Shown here piece after piece: positions 29,207 to 39,873 of a stretch of DNA of 64,000 bases. The translations under genes were made by a program, and so were the position numbers. How positions within the stretch are numbered: the stretch's first letter is position 1; the number at the start of each line of letters is the position of its first letter. A model generated the notes under the pieces. It ran no database searches and was not told where the DNA came from. It saw only the letters and a program-made list of their open reading frames with translations. The DNA comes from an uncultured Acidilobus sp. JCHS. GTDB lineage: Archaea > Thermoproteota > Thermoprotei_A > Sulfolobales > Acidilobaceae. The stretch spans positions 292,377-356,376 of the forward strand of contig AYMD01000001.1 in NCBI GenBank assembly GCA_000495735.1. Direction: 5' to 3'.

Positions 29207-30233
29207 GCGGGGAACACCCTGACCTGACCAGGCGCCCTATGCCCTCCCTCCTGATCTCAGCTAGCCCCTTAGGCCTGGCCGAGGCCTCTCCCCTCAGCTC
29301 AAACAGGTCGTACTCCAGGTCGAGCTCCGTGTAGACGCACCTCTCGTTCAGCGCCTGCCTGGCCTGCGATATGCCCCTGGTCCCGTCGACGAGCTTGGCA
29401 AGCTGGCTCCTCTCGTAGACTGCGTCAACGTCCATAACGTACGTGGTGGCTATGACCGGCGACAGGCTGACCTGCCTGCTTCCGTCCCTCATCTTCCTCG
29501 GCCCCAGCTCGCCCCTGAAGGCGAGGAGGGGCATCAGGGAGGCCTCAGTGACCACCTCCTTGACGACACTCTCCAGGAGCTCGGCCTCGTCGGCCTCGAG
29601 CCCGTAGACCCCCAGGAGCCCTCCCCTCCTAGCCACGTCAGCTACGTAGGAGAGCACCAGCTCCGTCGACAGCTCGCCGTCGGCGCCTGGCCCGTGGACG
29701 GCCAGCAGCCTGTCGACGCTGGAGGCGTGAAGGCCTGCCAGGGACACCATGTCTGCCAGGGGGCTCCAGAGGCCCTCCTCACAGCCCAGGGCAAGTATGT
29801 CGCCCCCTACGTCAACGCCTATCGCCACCTCAACCCCCAGCGCCTCCTTAGCGGCCTCTATGGCCTCCCTAACGCCCTCGGCTCCCTTGCTCAGGTCTAT
29901 GAAGAGGGTCCTCTCGTTTATCGCTGAGGCTACCCTGACAAGCTGAGGCCTCACCTCCCTCCTGAACCTGAGCGCATATGAAGAGCCCGTCACGAGGGCC
30001 GCTGACCAGCCTATGGGCTCTACGTTCACCATGGCCTCAAGGGGTATGGGGCCAGGGTAGGGGTCAACGGAGTACCTCTCCCAGACAGCTGCGCCGAGTA
30101 CCGGCGTCCCGCCCATCTTCCTTACCTTCAGGTACATGTAGAGGGCCCCGACTACGTCCCCTCCTCCGCCGGCCCCGAAGACCAGGACCTTCCTCCCCCT
30201 GACGGCATCAAGGAGGCTCCTAGGCCTTGCCAA
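29196..30233 (-). CDS. DUF1152 family protein
   Basis: GAGGGGDVVG, GVDVGGDILA, SPLAD, GPGADGEL. Confidence 0.8.
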   Translation of the reverse strand: MARPRSLLDAVRGRKVLVFGAGGGGDVVGALYMYLKVRKMGGTPVLGAAVWERYSVDPYPGPIPLEAMVNVEPIGWSAALVTGSSYALRFRREVRPQLVRVASAINERTLFIDLSKGAEGVREAIEAAKEALGVEVAIGVDVGGDILALGCEEGLWSPLADMVSLAGLHASSVDRLLAVHGPGADGELSTELVLSYVADVARRGGLLGVYGLEADEAELLESVVKEVVTEASLMPLLAFRGELGPRKMRDGSRQVSLSPVIATTYVMDVDAVYERSQLAKLVDGTRGISQARQALNERCVYTELDLEYDLFELRGEASARPKGLAEIRREGIGRLVRSGCSPLRC

Positions 30234-30361
30234 CCCGACCCCCTCTCGCCTTAGGCCTAAGGGCTTTAAGGCTTGCAGTCCTTGTAGGGAAAATACATGA
30301 AGGAACTTCTTTGTCTTTCAACTAGCCTCTGCATAGATTCCCCATGTAAGGGGGATACATG

Positions 30362-31132
30362 TCATACGCAGCCCAGGGTGGCCCCGTCAAAGAGTATCGT
30401 GGTCCCCGTGAGGTACTCAGGGGACCTGAGCAGCCACCTCACTAGTCCCTTGAGCTCCTCAGGCCTGCCGAGCCTCCTGAGGGGCGAGACGTCTGCGACC
30501 CTCTCCCTCCAGAAGTCTTCAGGGCTCACGCCCTCCCTTGAGGCGAGGGCCCCTATGAGCCTCTCAGCGCCAGGCGTCCTGAAGCTGCCCAGCTCCAGGA
30601 CTATCGCCCTAATCCTCTCGGGGTACCTCCTCGAGAACAGCTTGGCCAGGGCGGGGAGCGAGGCCCTGACCACGTCAGCCAGGCCTGTGGGCCACATGGG
30701 GGCCCTCGAGGAGAAGCTGGAGACCAGCACCACCGTGGCCTTGGCAGGGTTAAGCCTTATGAGGCCTGACATGAAGGCCGCAGGGGAGGCCACGTACATG
30801 CTGAAGGCGGCCTCCCAGTCCGACCAGGAGGCGTCGGCGGGCTCGCAGGGCTCGCAGGGCGGGTTGCCGTAGCTGACGAAGGCGAAGTCAACGGCCCCCA
30901 GGGCCTTCACGGCCTCACCTGCCAGCCTTGCGGCCTCGCCCTCCTTTGTTAGGTCAACCTGGACCGGGGTTACCCTGGCCCCGAACCTTGATGAGAGGTC
31001 CCTCGCGAGCGCCTCAAGCCTGTCAAGCCCCCTGGCGGAGACTACGATATCGCAGCCCTCCTCCGCCAGCGCCTCGGCGGCCGCTAGGCCTATGCCGCTC
31101 GTGGCCCCCGTTACGACGGCCCTGCAGGGCAA
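30362..31132 (-). CDS. SDR family oxidoreductase
   Basis: VTGATSGIG Rossmann motif, PLRRLGRPEE, TGTTILFDG. Confidence 0.9.
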   Translation of the reverse strand: MPCRAVVTGATSGIGLAAAEALAEEGCDIVVSARGLDRLEALARDLSSRFGARVTPVQVDLTKEGEAARLAGEAVKALGAVDFAFVSYGNPPCEPCEPADASWSDWEAAFSMYVASPAAFMSGLIRLNPAKATVVLVSSFSSRAPMWPTGLADVVRASLPALAKLFSRRYPERIRAIVLELGSFRTPGAERLIGALASREGVSPEDFWRERVADVSPLRRLGRPEELKGLVRWLLRSPEYLTGTTILFDGATLGCV

Positions 31133-31195
31133 CAGCCCGCGCCCCGTAAGGGGTATCCTTATTAAGTTAGAAATGGCTAGCGCCCCTGACAGGCC

Positions 31196-32089
31196 TTGCC
31201 TGCTGGGGCTGTGCTTGAGCTTAACGAAGTAAGCAAGAGGTTCGGCCGCACCGTAGCCCTCAGGTCAGTTACGCTTAGCGTGGGCCAGGGCGAGTTCCTG
31301 GGCCTCGTGGGCCCCAACGGGGCCGGCAAGACAACCCTCATAAGGGTCTCGCTAGGCCTCCTGAGGCCTGACTCGGGGACCGTGAGGCTCATGGGCTTTG
31401 ACCCCTTCAGGGAGCCCAGGGCTAGGGAGGGGGTGGGGGTAGTCTTCGAGAGGCCCAGCTTCCTGCCTTCAATGCCTGTCATGGAGATCCTCGAGAGGGC
31501 CGCGAGGATCTATAAAGTCCCGGGGGAGGAGGTGAGGAGGGTCATAGAGCTGGCCGGCCTGAAGGGATACGAGTCCAAGCCCTTTGGAAACCTCAGCGCC
31601 GGCCTGAAGCAGAGGACCGCCATAGCTCACGCCATGATAGGCAGGCCCAGGCTGCTGATAGCCGATGAGCCTACAAGCAACCTGGACCCCGTTGGGAGGG
31701 GGGAGGTGCTGAGGCTGCTGGCGGAGCTCAACAGGGAGGGCGTAACTGTGCTCCTGTCAAGCCACGTCCTGTCCGAGGTGCTAAGGGTCGTCAGCAGGGT
31801 TGCAGTAATTAAGTCGGGGAACATAGTGATAGCTGGCCCGCCTGACGAGGTTGTCTCCAGCGCCAGGGTGGGGAGGGTCAGGACGCCTGATACTGAGAGG
31901 CTCGCCAAGGTCCTGGCCGAGAGGGGCCTTGAGGCCAGGGCTGACGTTAACTCCGTTTACGTGAGGCTCAGGGGGCCTGAGGAGGAGAGGGAGCTTCTCC
32001 TCGCGCTGGCTGACGCTGTCCAGAAGGGGCTAAAGTACTATGGCATCGACCTCGTAGAGCCAGGCCTTGAGGAGGTGCTCAGGGAGTGA
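31196..32089 (+). CDS. ABC-2 type transporter ATP-binding protein
   Basis: GPNGAGKTT, LSAGLKQR, IADEPT, LSSH. Confidence 0.95.
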   Translation: MPAGAVLELNEVSKRFGRTVALRSVTLSVGQGEFLGLVGPNGAGKTTLIRVSLGLLRPDSGTVRLMGFDPFREPRAREGVGVVFERPSFLPSMPVMEILERAARIYKVPGEEVRRVIELAGLKGYESKPFGNLSAGLKQRTAIAHAMIGRPRLLIADEPTSNLDPVGRGEVLRLLAELNREGVTVLLSSHVLSEVLRVVSRVAVIKSGNIVIAGPPDEVVSSARVGRVRTPDTERLAKVLAERGLEARADVNSVYVRLRGPEEERELLLALADAVQKGLKYYGIDLVEPGLEEVLRE

Positions 32090-32844
32090 GCCTGAGGAGA
32101 GGTCTTGAGTTGCTCTACCTGGACCTCTGGGACGCCTTAAGGCCTCCGGCCTTTGACATAATGCTTCTCGTAGTAGCCGTCCTGGCCGGGGCCCTGACCG
32201 TGATGGAGCCCGTGACCTCAGCAGAGGCCTCCATATCCCCAGGTAACGGCCTTAACCCGGTCTACCTCTCGCTCTTCGTGGCCGTGCTCTACGTTGCCTT
32301 GAGGGGCTCAAGCGACCTAGTCAACGTAGTTCAGAGCGGAGTGATGCAGGTCTATATGTCCTACCCGGTGTCCAGGGTCACAGTGGCCACGGTGCTCTAC
32401 GTGACCAGGGTCCTGCTGCCTGCGGCCCTCCTGCTGGGCCTCCCAGGCCTGATAGTTGGCATAGTCCTTTATCCAGTGGTGGCCAAGGATGTCCCGATCT
32501 ACCTGGCCCTCTGGACCTCGTACCTGCTCCAGAGCCAGATGTACGGCGCTGCCTTCCTCCTCATGTCAAGTCGCCTCAGGTCGTCGGGCACGGCAATGGT
32601 GGCCAGCGTGTCATTCTACTTCGGTTACATCGCACTCTCAACGCTGCTTGACGTAATAGGCCTCTTAAATAACGTAAAGCAGCTGGTCTGGCTCTCCGAC
32701 GCCATGGGCTTCCACTACGCCCTCTATTACCACATGTCAGGCCAGGGGGAGCCTGTCTGGACCCTCTTCCTGGTCCCAGCGATCTACGTCGTATTGATGG
32801 CCGCTTACTTCACCTACATGGTAAGGGGGTTTGAGCCAACATGA
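32086..32844 (+). CDS. ABC-2 type permease
   Basis: About 6 TM; GTGA overlap with the ATPase stop; MSYPVSR. Confidence 0.8.
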   Translation: MSLRRGLELLYLDLWDALRPPAFDIMLLVVAVLAGALTVMEPVTSAEASISPGNGLNPVYLSLFVAVLYVALRGSSDLVNVVQSGVMQVYMSYPVSRVTVATVLYVTRVLLPAALLLGLPGLIVGIVLYPVVAKDVPIYLALWTSYLLQSQMYGAAFLLMSSRLRSSGTAMVASVSFYFGYIALSTLLDVIGLLNNVKQLVWLSDAMGFHYALYYHMSGQGEPVWTLFLVPAIYVVLMAAYFTYMVRGFEPT

Positions 32845-33461
32845 GGTGGCTCAGGTCAGCCGTTTCAAGGTTCCTCCTCTACACGGCCGTCGCCCTGCTC
32901 GTGGCCGTGGCCTTCGGCGCGCTCTACGGCGTCAAGCTCGGCACGTCATACAACGCAACGGTACCCTCGGGCGAGGTCGGGGCCGCAGTGGCTGTCATCA
33001 TGCCGACCTCAGCAAGCGGCGTCGCGACCGTTAACGTAGAGGGGGCCTCTCAGGTCCTCTACTTGTCCCTCGACACCAACCCCATCCAGCTCCTCCCAGA
33101 AGTCCGAGGCCTCGGCCTGAAGATTACGACAATGCAGGTGACCACCGACCTGAGGGCTGGGGTAGTAATAGAGGTGGCAGGCCTCCAGGGCAACCCCATA
33201 TTCGTCGAGCAGGCCTTCAAGAGCGTTGTGAAGTCAGCGAGCCCCAGCCGCGGTGTTTACTCAGTGACTCAGCAGGTCAGTCCCTCGAGCTACCTCGTGG
33301 TAGTGGCCGTCCCAAGTAACACGAGCCAGACTGTGACCTTCACGGTCAGGTACCACGTGACAGGCTACTCGAGGCTCACCAACGAGGGGGCCTTCGCGCT
33401 CTCGGCGGCCCTCGTAGTGGTGGCGGTAGTCTATGACCTCATGAGAGGGTCACGTTTATAA
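32841..33461 (+). CDS. Membrane-anchored accessory protein of the ABC exporter operon
   Basis: N- and C-terminal TM helices; ATGA overlap with the permease. Confidence 0.7.
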   Translation: MRWLRSAVSRFLLYTAVALLVAVAFGALYGVKLGTSYNATVPSGEVGAAVAVIMPTSASGVATVNVEGASQVLYLSLDTNPIQLLPEVRGLGLKITTMQVTTDLRAGVVIEVAGLQGNPIFVEQAFKSVVKSASPSRGVYSVTQQVSPSSYLVVVAVPSNTSQTVTFTVRYHVTGYSRLTNEGAFALSAALVVVAVVYDLMRGSRL

Positions 33462-33492
33462 TCTACGGGGTAAGGAGACCCCTGGTGAAAGC

Positions 33493-33810
33493 TTGTCCCA
33501 GGCCCAGCAGATAGAGGTGCTGGTGGGCAAGAAGCCCATAGTTAACTACATGCTTGCCATAATAGAGGCCTTCAATAACAACCCGTCGGCGACGGTCGTG
33601 TTGAAGGCCAGGGGCAGGGCCGTGTGTAAGGCCGTCAACGCCGTCAGCGCCGTTAAGAACAGGTACTTCAACGACATCTACGTTAAGTCGTTCTCAGCGT
33701 CCTATGAGGACGTTAAGACCGAGAAGGGCATTGCAAGGCTCCCGAGCGTTGAGATAGTTATAGCCAGAAGGCCTGGATCCCAGGCCCAGGGGAGCCCTAC
33801 TCCTCAGTGA
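33493..33810 (+). CDS. alba: Alba family DNA/RNA-binding protein
   Basis: VLVGKKPIVNY, VVLKARGRAVCKAV, SVEIVI. Confidence 0.85.
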   Translation: MSQAQQIEVLVGKKPIVNYMLAIIEAFNNNPSATVVLKARGRAVCKAVNAVSAVKNRYFNDIYVKSFSASYEDVKTEKGIARLPSVEIVIARRPGSQAQGSPTPQ

Positions 33811-35130
33811 GGCCGAGCCTCCTCAGCAGCGACCTGTCCCTCCTGAACCTCTTGAGTATGACCTTAACTGACCTGTAGTAGGTCAGCAGCTCCTTCACGT
33901 CAGCCACCGTTGTGCCAGAGCCCAGGGCTATCCTCCTCATCCTGCTCCTGTCAATTATGTCAGGGTCGTCAAGCTCCTCATACGTCATGCTTTCTATAAT
34001 GTGAAGCCACTTCCTTATCTTCTCCTCGCCAAGCTTGACCTGCTCATCTCCCACCTTGATTGGCAGCGACGCCGTGGGCAGCATCTCGAGCAGCTTGCTC
34101 AGAGGGCCGAGCCTCCTTATTGACTTGAGCTGGGCGTATATGGTCCTCATGGTGACCCTCCCCTTGGCTATGTCCTCCTCGACGACCTTGACAGCCTTCT
34201 CCTCAGCCTCGGCCTCCCTGACCCTCTCCAAAAGCGCCCTTATGTCGCCCAACCCCATGACCCTGGCGACAAAGCCCTGGGGGTTGAAGGGCTCCAGCTC
34301 CTCTATCTTCTCGCCTGTGCCGACGAACTTGACCCTAGCCCCGGTGGCGGCCACGGCAGAGAGTGCGCCACCTCCCCTGGCAGTGCCGTCAAGCTTTGTC
34401 ACAACTATGGAGCCTACGGGGGTGGCCTCATGGAACCTCCTGGCTATGTCGTAGGCCCTCTGACCTATGGCCGCGTCTATGACGAGCATTACCTCGTCTG
34501 GCCTCACGGCCTCGGCCATCCTCTTCATCTCCTCGAGGAGCCCTGCCTCGTCACCGTAGCCGTGCCTTCCGGCCGTGTCAACTATGACAAGCTGGGCCCC
34601 CTTGGACAGGAGCTCTGAGACTCCGCGCTTAGCTATCTCCTCGGCCTGGCCGCTCTGCTCACCGTAGAACATGACGCCGGCCTGCTGGGCCAAGGTCTTG
34701 AGCTGCTCAAGGGCGCCTGGCCTGTAGGTGTCAGCGCTGACTAGCCCGACCCTGAGCCCCCTAGAGGAGTAGTACCTGGCCAGCTTGCCAGCCGTTGTGG
34801 TCTTGCCGGAGCCCTGGACGCCGACAAGGAGGATGACCCACGGCAGCTTCCTCGGCATTACCCTGGGCTCCCCCTCGCCCCCGAAGAGCGAGACGAGCTC
34901 ATCGTAGACCGCCTTGAGGAACCAGTCCCTCCTGCTGACCCCAGGCGGTGGCTCCTGCTTGAGCGCCCTCCCCTTACCCTGTCGGTGAGCTGCTTCACTA
35001 GGGCGACGTTCACGTCGGCCCTTATGAGCTCCCTCTGTAGGTCCCTGATGAACTCGTTAACCGACTCCTCGTAGCTCCTGCCCCCTCCTAGGAACTTCCT
35101 GACGGCCTCCCTTAGCCCCTCTAGCACCAA
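33797..35130 (-). CDS. srp54: Signal recognition particle protein SRP54; apparent 1-nt frameshift at about 34970-73
   Basis: N domain (LIRADVNV) in ORF 34858-35130; GVQGSGKTT, DTAGR, TKLDGTARGGG and the M domain in ORF 33797-34858. Restoring one G gives a continuous ...RALKQEPPPG...LFGGEGEPRVMP... Confidence 0.92.
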
Positions 35131-35198
35131 GCCCTCTCTGGGCGCGGAGGACCCTTGAGGCTAATAACCTCACGGGGCTGAACCGCCTGGGAAGGGGT

Positions 35199-36293
35199 TT
35201 GGCAGGCTACGAGGTCAGGGCTGTGACGTTTCACGCTGGGACTCTTCCTGCCAGCGGGCAGGAGCTCGAGTCCTCCCTTGAGGAGCTGGCCGAGAGGGCC
35301 CTGGAGGCCGTGGACTCGGCCAGCTCCGCCACGGGCCTGAGGCCGACGTACGTTAGGGTCGCCCTGCCCGGGGTCCGCCTTGAAGATGCTTCGCGCGTGG
35401 CCAAGGTGGCCGAGAGGCTCGGCTCCGACTTACTGCTGAACGCGGGCGCCTGGCCCGCCTCGGCGGACCTGGAGAAGCTCGTTGACGTGCCGAGGTCGGG
35501 GGCCTACCTCTCAATACTCCTGGCTGAGAGGACCTGGGAGGAGGCAAGGAGGGCCTCAGCCTTCATTCACTCCCTCTCCTCCTCAGACCCAGCCCTGGCA
35601 ACAAAGGTGGCGATCAACGTAACTGGGGAGGCTCACCTCATAACCCCCTACTACCCGCTCGCCTCAGCGGTCCCCGGCAGGGACATAGTTACGGCAGCCC
35701 TGACGTACCCAAGCTACCTGGCCGAGGCCTACTCCAGGGAGGGCCTCCAGGGCCTCAGGAAGGCGATAGTTGAGGCGGGGTCGAGGGCCTGGGCGGTCGT
35801 GGAGGAGGTCTCAAGGCTCACGGGCTTCGAGGCAGGAGGGGTTGACCTCAGCGTCTCGCCATGGATGGAGGACTCAAGCCTGGGGCTGGCAGAGCTGGTC
35901 TCGGGCGTCAGGATGCCAAGGCCTGGCTTCGCCCTGGGCGTTAGGGCGATAAACGAGGCCATATCTGCGGCCTCTGGGAAGATTAAGACAGTGGGCTTCA
36001 ACGAGCTCATGCTCCCCCTGGCGGAGGACTCCAAGCTCAAGGCCAGGGCATCGGAGGGCGACTTAACAGCCAGGTACCTGGCGATGCTGAGCGGCGTGTG
36101 CGTGGCAGGCCTTGACATGGTGCCGGTACCGGCCTCCGTTAACGACGTTGCCGGGCTCTTCCTTGACGTGGCCGCCTACGCGCTGGCCAAGGGCAGGGCC
36201 CTCGGGGTCAGGCTGATACCTGTTGAGGGCGCGGAGCCGGGCGACAGGGTCGACCTGGGGAGGTTCGGGGACGCGCCCGTAATACCAATATGA
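35199..36293 (+). CDS. DUF711 family protein
   Basis: GVDLSVSPW, VGFNELMLPLAEDSKL, VCVAGLDMVPVP, GVRLIP. Confidence 0.85.
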   Translation: MAGYEVRAVTFHAGTLPASGQELESSLEELAERALEAVDSASSATGLRPTYVRVALPGVRLEDASRVAKVAERLGSDLLLNAGAWPASADLEKLVDVPRSGAYLSILLAERTWEEARRASAFIHSLSSSDPALATKVAINVTGEAHLITPYYPLASAVPGRDIVTAALTYPSYLAEAYSREGLQGLRKAIVEAGSRAWAVVEEVSRLTGFEAGGVDLSVSPWMEDSSLGLAELVSGVRMPRPGFALGVRAINEAISAASGKIKTVGFNELMLPLAEDSKLKARASEGDLTARYLAMLSGVCVAGLDMVPVPASVNDVAGLFLDVAAYALAKGRALGVRLIPVEGAEPGDRVDLGRFGDAPVIPI

Positions 36294-36297
36294 GGGC

Positions 36298-37260
36298 CTA
36301 GGGCTCGCTGTAGGACGTAAGCTTGCTCATCTCTGAGGGCGACAGGGGCTCGAAGCCTCCAGCCACGCCAACGACCTTGGCCTCGGCCTCAAGGCCGCAG
36401 AGCCTGTAGGCCCTGAGGCCTGCCGCAGCGAGCCTTTCCAGCTCCTCCTCAGGCCCCAGCGCTATGAGTGAGGGGCCTGCCCCACTTATGGCCACCCCGT
36501 AGGCGCCTTCGGCCATCAGCGCCTTCCTGACCTCGTTAAAGCAGGGCACCAGCGGCGCCCTGTAGGGGGTCACGGTCTCGTCGCTCATGACCTTCCCAGC
36601 TGACCTTAGGTCGCCCGAGAGGAGGGAGGCCAGGAGCGAGAGGGCCCTGGAGAGGTCCCTCACGTGGGACCTGAAGGGCACAGAGGAGGGCAGGACTGAC
36701 CTCATGAGCTTAGTCTTCTGCTCAACTGGCTTAAGCAGGGGCCTCAGTACGAGCAGCCTCAGGTCAAGCCTGAAGCTCCTGACGCTCACCTCCTCATCGT
36801 CGCTCAGGACCACTACCAGGCCCCCGAAAGAGCTGGCTGCTGCGTTGTCGAAGTGAGGCGAGCCTGCCGCCGCCTCCTCCGCCGCGCCGGCTATCCTCGT
36901 CACTTCGGCTGGGCCCAAGCCGAGGTCCAGGGCCTCGGAGGCGGCCGCCAGGGCGGCGACCGACGAGGCAGCGCTTCCCCCAAGGCCCGCCGAGACGGGC
37001 ACGCCCTTCCATAGGGTGACCCTGAGGTTATACCTCAGCCCCATCGACCTCACTAGGGACTCAAGGGCTACCTCGGCCGTGTTGGGCGCGCTGACGTGCT
37101 TTAAGAAGGGGCCCGTAACGTTGAGCTTCACCCTACCAGGGCCGGGCTCAGCCTCGACGCAGGCAGCGTCGAAGTAGGCCCTGTGCGCTACCGCAAGCGA
37201 GTCGAAGCCCGGGCCGAGGTTCGCGCTGCTCGACCACGCCCTGGCGCAGCCCCGCGACAT
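36298..37260 (-). CDS. thrB: Homoserine kinase (GHMP family)
   Basis: SSANLGPGFD, PVSAGLGGSAAS, HFDNAAAS, ISGAGPS. Confidence 0.92.
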   Translation of the reverse strand: MSRGCARAWSSSANLGPGFDSLAVAHRAYFDAACVEAEPGPGRVKLNVTGPFLKHVSAPNTAEVALESLVRSMGLRYNLRVTLWKGVPVSAGLGGSAASSVAALAAASEALDLGLGPAEVTRIAGAAEEAAAGSPHFDNAAASSFGGLVVVLSDDEEVSVRSFRLDLRLLVLRPLLKPVEQKTKLMRSVLPSSVPFRSHVRDLSRALSLLASLLSGDLRSAGKVMSDETVTPYRAPLVPCFNEVRKALMAEGAYGVAISGAGPSLIALGPEEELERLAAAGLRAYRLCGLEAEAKVVGVAGGFEPLSPSEMSKLTSYSEP

Positions 37261-37393
37261 CTTTCTTGGGGACCCTCGGAGGCCTTGGCAGATTTAAGCT
37301 TTTCCCACGGTTCTACCATGTATTAAAAGGCGTATACATGTGTCTCTTGGTAAGCCTATATTCTCGTCCATGTAGCCCCTCCGTGGCGACGGT

Positions 37394-38113
37394 ATGGCAG
37401 GGCTGGAGGAGGGGCTGTGGGGCCGGATAAAGGACGAGATAGAGGAGCTCTCAAGGAAGGGCTGCTACGAGTCGGTGAGCAACGCCCTAAGCCTCTACAT
37501 TGCCCCTAAGCTAAGGGTCCTCGCGGCTGCCCTCCTCGGCTACGGGAGGAGGGCCCCCTCGAGGATCCTTGACGTAGGCTGTGGGCCGGGCACGTCAACA
37601 GTTGTCCTCAGGGCCCTCTACCCCGAGGCCGAGGTCCTCGCGCTTGACCCGGCCTCCTTCAACCTCTTGGTCGCCAAGAGGAGGGTTAGGGAGCCCTCGG
37701 GCTGCGTCCAGGCGGTCTTTGAGTCACTTCCCTTCCCTGAATCCACTTTCGACGGCCTGGTGGCCATGTTCTCCTTCAGGGACGTCTCAAGCTACCTCAG
37801 GGCCCTTGATGAGGCCAGGAGGGTGCTGAGGCCGGACGGCAGGCTTGTGATACTTGACCTCTACAGGCCCGAGGACCCCCTTGAGCTAGTGGCCTTGATA
37901 GGGCACTTCAGGGTGATAGGGCCAATACTGGGGCTCACCTACGGCTGCGGCCTGGACGGGCTGAAGTTCGCCGACATCTACCACACTGTTATGAGGATGA
38001 TGACCCCCAGCGAGCTCGTCAGGGAGGCCAGGAAGAGGTTCAGGAGGGCCACCTTCGTAAAGACGCCGCTGCTCGCGGGCATACTCACGGCTGAGGGCCC
38101 TAGACCCTCGTGA
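37394..38113 (+). CDS. Class I SAM-dependent methyltransferase (UbiE/MenG-like)
   Basis: ILDVGCGPG, LPFPESTFD, FSFRDV, LRPDGRLVILD. Confidence 0.85.
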   Translation: MAGLEEGLWGRIKDEIEELSRKGCYESVSNALSLYIAPKLRVLAAALLGYGRRAPSRILDVGCGPGTSTVVLRALYPEAEVLALDPASFNLLVAKRRVREPSGCVQAVFESLPFPESTFDGLVAMFSFRDVSSYLRALDEARRVLRPDGRLVILDLYRPEDPLELVALIGHFRVIGPILGLTYGCGLDGLKFADIYHTVMRMMTPSELVREARKRFRRATFVKTPLLAGILTAEGPRPS

Positions 38114-38318
38114 ACGTGAACCTTACCACGCTCCCTGACCTGTCGACCTTTGCCACCACCCTCCTGTCGTCCTTGAGCGCGTAGACGACCATGGCGGCGC
38201 ACTCGAAGGAGTCCATGAGCACCTCCGCGCTCTCGCCAGGCCTCATCTTGTCTATGATCCTCATGGTCAACACGTAGCCCTCTGGGCACACCTTGCCCCT
38301 AAGGTCGTAGGTCTGCAC
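38100..38318 (-). CDS. TusA/SirA family sulfur carrier
   Basis: DLRGKVCPEG motif, 72 aa. Confidence 0.8.
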   Translation of the reverse strand: MQTYDLRGKVCPEGYVLTMRIIDKMRPGESAEVLMDSFECAAMVVYALKDDRRVVAKVDRSGSVVRFTFTRV

Positions 38319-38363
38319 GGCCTCTCTATGAATAGAACATGAGCTACCTTTTTAATGGTAACT

Positions 38364-38708
38364 CTATGCAGGGAACATCGCGTTAGATATTATGTACTCT
38401 ATGAGGGGCCTGTTTTTGTCGAGCGCGAGGACCTCGCTGATCCCCCTTAACAGCTCCTGCTTTACTATGGCTGAGCAGGCGGGGTCATTGAAGGAGGGGT
38501 TCCTCATGGCCAGGTAGAAGCCAGCCCCTGACTCGTTGAAGTAGACGAAGTACGCCCACTCCATGTCGCCTGACACGGCTGGCACCAGGGTCCCCGGCCT
38601 CAGGTACCTGAAGGCCCTGGCCGCGTCGCCCAGCTCCCTTGGCAGGCCCGAGTCACATATCATCCAGGTGGCCGAGCACTCCTCTGAGGAGCCCCTCCTG
38701 CAGGCCAT
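38364..38708 (-). CDS. Hypothetical protein
   Basis: 114-aa ORF with typical codon usage filling the gap between tusA and the divergent oxidoreductase. Confidence 0.6.
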   Translation of the reverse strand: MACRRGSSEECSATWMICDSGLPRELGDAARAFRYLRPGTLVPAVSGDMEWAYFVYFNESGAGFYLAMRNPSFNDPACSAIVKQELLRGISEVLALDKNRPLIEYIISNAMFPA

Positions 38709-38808
38709 GGGGTCATTCCTCCTGGCCCTGGGAAGTCCTCGCCCTTAAGGACAGGGGAGGAGGTCAGTTATAAATCCCCTACCTTACACGGGAGCCTGGT
38801 GCTAGCAG

Positions 38809-39873
38809 TTGAAGTTCCTCAGGTGTAAGCCGAGCCAGGTCCCGTCAGGGGTCAGCGGGAAGGTGGCCATAATAGGGGCGGGGACCGCTGGCCTCGGCGC
38901 AGCTGGCGTGCTCAGGTGCAAGGGTTACCAGGTAACTGTTTACGACATGTTACCTGAGCCCGGAGGGATGTTGATCTTCGGCATACATGTTGACAGGATT
39001 CCGAAGGGGCCCGTCAGGGAGGGCGTTAAGGAGCTCATGGATGCCGGCATAGAGTTCGTGCTGAACACCAAGGTGGGCAACAGGGGCCTGGAGAAGATGG
39101 ACGAGCTGGTGAAGCCCAAGAACGTGGTGGACCTCGAGGACATAATAAGGTCGCATGACGCCGTCCTCATAGCCACGGGCACGTGGACCAGCAACAAGTC
39201 CAACGTGCCCGGCGAGGACCTGCCATGGGTCTACCCGGCCATGGAGTTCCTCGTGGCGACCCACCTGGCGAAGTTCGGCTACAGGCCGTGGGAGATAGTG
39301 CCTGACGTCAAGGGGGACCTGCTGGTCGTAGGGGGAGGCTATACGGCTGAGGACGCCGCCTACGTGCCCAGGACCTACCCCGAGTACAAGGAGAGGGTGA
39401 GGAAGGTGGTCCTAAGCTACAGGAGGACCAGGAACGAGGCCCCCATGGGGCCCATGGAGATGACCAACCTTGAGGCCTCTGGCGTCGAGATATGGGAGCT
39501 GACGGTGCCCATAGCCTACAGGGAGGAGGCAGGCAGGAGGGTGGCCAGGATAATAAGGAACAGGCTCGTCCAGGTCCCGGGCGAGAAGAGGCCGAGGCCC
39601 GAGCCCATACCTGGGAGCGAGTTCGACTCCTACTTTGACTTCGTCCTGGAGGCGATAGGGGAGAGGGCCACGCCGCCCTTTGAGGGGGAGTGCTGCGGCA
39701 TAAAGCTCGACCCGAAGTGGGGCACCATAGTTGTCGATAAGGACCACATGACGACCAGGAAGGGCGTCTTCGCGGCCGGCGACGTAGTCCACGGGCCTAG
39801 CCAGCTCGGCCCCGCCCTCAAGAGCGGCATGGATGCAGCCAACGCCATAATAAGGTACCTGAGCTCAAGGTGA
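38809..39873 (+). CDS. GltD/SudA-like FAD/NAD(P)H oxidoreductase lacking the N-terminal Fe-S domain
   Basis: [42 protein letters not shown]. Confidence 0.85.
   Translation: MKFLRCKPSQVPSGVSGKVAIIGAGTAGLGAAGVLRCKGYQVTVYDMLPEPGGMLIFGIHVDRIPKGPVREGVKELMDAGIEFVLNTKVGNRGLEKMDELVKPKNVVDLEDIIRSHDAVLIATGTWTSNKSNVPGEDLPWVYPAMEFLVATHLAKFGYRPWEIVPDVKGDLLVVGGGYTAEDAAYVPRTYPEYKERVRKVVLSYRRTRNEAPMGPMEMTNLEASGVEIWELTVPIAYREEAGRRVARIIRNRLVQVPGEKRPRPEPIPGSEFDSYFDFVLEAIGERATPPFEGECCGIKLDPKWGTIVVDKDHMTTRKGVFAAGDVVHGPSQLGPALKSGMDAANAIIRYLSSR

Noticed and set aside
7840-35000. Programmed ribosomal frameshifting as the explanation for the broken genes
   Set aside because: No X-XXY-YYZ slippery heptamers; the lesions in this span are single losses in short G/C runs across unrelated genes, which fits sequencing error
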